Below are positions 61,469 to 64,000 of a stretch of DNA of 64,000 nucleotides, one piece after another. The stretch is taken from NCBI GenBank assembly GCA_963719085.1, contig CAVRAL010000001.1, positions 1-64,000 on the forward strand, in the 5' to 3' direction. Numbering within the stretch: the stretch's first letter is position 1; the number at the start of each line of letters is the position of its first letter. The translations under genes were made by a program, and so were the position numbers. The notes beneath the pieces are model-generated. The model was not told the DNA's origin. It was given only the letters and a program-made list of their open reading frames with translations, and did not search any database. The stretch comes from a candidate division FCPU426 bacterium (GTDB lineage Bacteria; Oederibacteriota; Muellerivitia; Muellerivitales; Muellerivitaceae).

Positions 61469-62365
61469 TTGCCCGCCCGGATTTTGCCGGCGGCCCGCAC
61501 TCGGGGCTTTCGTCTGCCCGGTCCCGACCACTCTTCTTTCCACTGGAAAAACCGAACCCAAGTTATGGGCGTTTTGAATGTCACCCCCGACTCTTTTTCC
61601 GATGGCGGTAAATTCCTCGATGCCCCCAAGGCTCTCGATCAAGCCCTGCGTCTTGAGGCCCAGGGCGCGGATTGGATTGATGTGGGCGGCGAGTCCACCC
61701 GTCCGGGGGCCAAAAAACTTTCGGCTGCCGATGAAAAAAAGCGCGTACTGCCCGTGGTCCGTGCCTTAGCGAAAGCGCTCAAGATCCCCCTGTCGATTGA
61801 TACGTATAAAGCCGAGGTGGCCCGCGCCGCTGTGGGGGAAGGCGCCCAAATGGTGAATGACGTTGGAGCCCTGCGGCTAGATCCGGCGATGGCCCCCACC
61901 CTGGCCAAACTCAAGGTCCCCGTGGTGCTCATGCACATGAAGGGACGTCCCCGGACCATGCAAAAAAATCCCGTCTATGCCGATCTAATCGGGGAAATTC
62001 TTGCCTTTTTCCAGGAGCGGATGGCCTTCGCCAAACGCCAGGGGATTGAGGAGAAACGCCTATTGCTGGACCCGGGATTCGGTTTTGGGAAAGGCGCTTG
62101 GCACAATATCGAACTGACCCGCAAATTGGGAGAGTTCAGGCGCTTAGGTCGCCCCCTCGTTTTCGGGCCTTCACGCAAAAACACCTTAGGGGCCCTCTTG
62201 GGAGGGCTGCCTCCCGAGGAGCGCCTGGAAGCCACCTTGGCGGCGGTGACGGCGGGGATCTTGAATGGCGCGGATATGGTGCGGGTTCATGACGTGAAAA
62301 ACGTCGTTCGAGCGGTTAAAATAGCGGATGCCTTGCGATATGACCGAGGACTGAAACGCCCATGA
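61469..62365 (+). CDS. folP: Dihydropteroate synthase
   Basis: MGVLNVTPDSFSDGG, GGESTRPG, DPGFGFGK, SRK, RVHDV. Confidence 0.96.
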   Translation: MPARILPAARTRGFRLPGPDHSSFHWKNRTQVMGVLNVTPDSFSDGGKFLDAPKALDQALRLEAQGADWIDVGGESTRPGAKKLSAADEKKRVLPVVRALAKALKIPLSIDTYKAEVARAAVGEGAQMVNDVGALRLDPAMAPTLAKLKVPVVLMHMKGRPRTMQKNPVYADLIGEILAFFQERMAFAKRQGIEEKRLLLDPGFGFGKGAWHNIELTRKLGEFRRLGRPLVFGPSRKNTLGALLGGLPPEERLEATLAAVTAGILNGADMVRVHDVKNVVRAVKIADALRYDRGLKRP

Positions 62366-63126
62366 ATAATTTGGTCACCCTCTTAAGCAATTTCCGCTTG
62401 AACGACCTATTCGATATCCTGATCGTTACTTTTCTGATTTACCAATTGCTTCTTTTAATCCGGGAAGCCCGGGCCATCCGGATTGTGGTCGGGTTCGTGA
62501 TTTTGTTTTTATCCGCGGTCCTGGCCGGGCAGTTTCATTTATTGACCATTGACTGGATTCTTTCCAGTTTGGGGCCCTTTTTATTGGTCGCTTTTGTGAT
62601 CATCTTCCAATCGGACCTTCGGCGCATCATCTCCCAAATCGGCCGGGGCGGTTTTTGGGGAGGTGTCTTCCGGGGCGAGCCCCCGGCCTTCAAAGAAATC
62701 AGCCAAGCGGCCCGGGAACTCGTGAAGAGCCGGCGGGGCGCGCTTATTGTGTTGGAGCGCGACGATAGTTTACAGGGGGTCATTGAGACGGGAACCCCGA
62801 TTGGCGCGGAGGTGAGCGCGGAACTTTTGATCACTTTTTTCGTGCCCCATTCGCCCCTGCATGACGGAGCGGTGGTGATTCGCGACGGAAAAATCGCCGC
62901 TGCCGGCTGTATTTTGCCCTTGAGTCAAAATCCCAATTTAAGTAAAAGCTACGGCACCCGACACCGGGCGGCGCTGGGTGTGACCGAGGAAACGGACGCG
63001 TTGGTCATTGTGCTTTCGGAAGAAAACCACACCATTTCTTTCGCCATGGCGGGAAAAATGACGCCTGAAATCGACGCGGCGACTTTGGAAGAGATGCTTA
63101 CCCTTTACGGGACTAAGGTTGATTGA
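62362..63126 (+). CDS. cdaA: Diadenylate cyclase CdaA/DacA
   Basis: Three TMs, PLHDGA, GTRHRAA. Confidence 0.93.
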   Translation: MNNLVTLLSNFRLNDLFDILIVTFLIYQLLLLIREARAIRIVVGFVILFLSAVLAGQFHLLTIDWILSSLGPFLLVAFVIIFQSDLRRIISQIGRGGFWGGVFRGEPPAFKEISQAARELVKSRRGALIVLERDDSLQGVIETGTPIGAEVSAELLITFFVPHSPLHDGAVVIRDGKIAAAGCILPLSQNPNLSKSYGTRHRAALGVTEETDALVIVLSEENHTISFAMAGKMTPEIDAATLEEMLTLYGTKVD

Positions 63127-63259
63127 TATGAAACGATGGCTGCGCCGCTTTTTGTAAAAGTTTGCGCAAAGCGGTATGGCGCATCGTTCGAGTAATGGCC
63201 GCAAGCCTGCGGGTACACCCTACGGCTTCCGGCAAAGGACTGATATGAAACGATGGCTG
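63124..63259. repeat. 19-bp direct repeat flanking a 98-bp structured insert
   Basis: TGATATGAAACGATGGCTG at 63124-63142 and 63241-63259. Confidence 0.85.
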
Positions 63260-63664
63260 TTTGATAATTTAGGGTTAAAAATTTCCGCTTTTCTCATCGC
63301 CCTTTGTCTTTGGGCCTATGTGGGGTCGCGCCAGGTTCTGGATACCCGGGTCATCGTGCACCTGCAACTGACCGATATTCCGGTGGGCATGACGGTTGAC
63401 TCAAACGTGAAGACCGCCATTCCGGTCATTTTGACGGGCCGAAAAGAAAGCATTCTGGACCTGGACCCGGACGATCTTTCGGCCATCGTGAGTTTGCGCG
63501 GTTACGTCCCGGGCAAGCAAGATCTGCCGGTTCATCCCGTGATCAAACCCTTGCCAATCGGGGTCACGGCCAACACGCCTGATGTTACCATCCATTTGAT
63601 TCCGGTCGTGGTGAAACCGCCGGCCCCGCCCACCCGGGATCGCCATCGAAAGGGAGCTAAATAA
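63245..63664 (+). CDS. CdaR/YbbR-like protein (single domain)
   Basis: N.GLKI.AFLIALCLWAYV N-terminus, one YbbR-like beta domain, follows cdaA; AAGGA RBS. Confidence 0.75.
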   Translation: MKRWLFDNLGLKISAFLIALCLWAYVGSRQVLDTRVIVHLQLTDIPVGMTVDSNVKTAIPVILTGRKESILDLDPDDLSAIVSLRGYVPGKQDLPVHPVIKPLPIGVTANTPDVTIHLIPVVVKPPAPPTRDRHRKGAK

Positions 63665-63667
63665 CTT

Positions 63668-64000
63668 ATGGCCAATCTTTGCGTGAATATCGACCATGTC
63701 GCCACCTTGCGGCAAGCCCGCTTAGAAGAGGATCCGGATCCGCTCCAGGCGGCCCGGTTAGTGGAAAAAGCCGGGGCCCACGGCATTACGGTTCATTTAA
63801 GGGAAGACCGCCGTCATATTCAGGATCGGGATGTGCTGGGTCTTCGTAAAATCGTTCGAACCAAGCTGAATCTGGAAATGGCCGCCACGGAAGAAATGAT
63901 CCGGTTCGCGCTTCAAGTAAAGCCGGATCAGGTCACCTTGGTCCCTGAAAAAAGAAAGGAACTCACTACCGAAGGCGGGCTCGCCCTGGAGGGGGCTTTT
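63668..64000 (+). CDS. pdxJ: Pyridoxine 5'-phosphate synthase (3'-truncated; absent from the ORF track)
   Basis: Manual translation [55 protein letters not shown]. Confidence 0.96.
   Translation, partial: MANLCVNIDHVATLRQARLEEDPDPLQAARLVEKAGAHGITVHLREDRRHIQDRDVLGLRKIVRTKLNLEMAATEEMIRFALQVKPDQVTLVPEKRKELTTEGGLALEGAF

Noticed and set aside
63176..63244. Longer CdaR N-terminus from ATG 63176
   Set aside because: It derives from the inserted hairpin sequence; the RBS and the family-like N-terminus favour ATG 63245.

Overview
Bacterial chromosomal window, mostly housekeeping, from a diderm organism (GT9 heptosyltransferase, PilQ secretin). No phage, integrase, transposase, rRNA or CRISPR array was seen. 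In order: the 3' part of a giant Thr/Pro-repeat surface protein with FlgD-Ig/T9SS-CTD-like C-terminal domains; a FecR-domain protein; a heme operon with a HemD-HemE fusion; a CP-ATP-grasp/alpha-E/Anbu/transglutaminase operon (ATP-grasp frameshifted at a homopolymer); a surface-glycan cluster (methyltransferase, Trm112-like protein, two GT4, a GT-C-like protein, AsnB); efp-accB-accC; a degenerate ComB-like gene; thiD2-like and thiC; ferredoxin; dnaJ-rsmE-aroE; a type IVa pilus locus (pilBTC-A-D-MNOPQ, pilD frameshifted); aroCKB; a TPR-Roadblock fusion plus an MglC-like Roadblock protein; three tRNAs; folate genes; and tilS-ftsH-folE-folP-cdaA-cdaR-like-pdxJ. The best leads are the pilus-linked TPR-MglB-like/MglC-like module with its own internal promoter and no canonical start codon, a structured insertion that duplicates the cdaA/cdaR junction, the ATP-grasp/Anbu operon, the methyltransferase-Trm112 pair, and two apparent pseudoenzymes. 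All family calls come from motif recognition by eye; no database searches were run.
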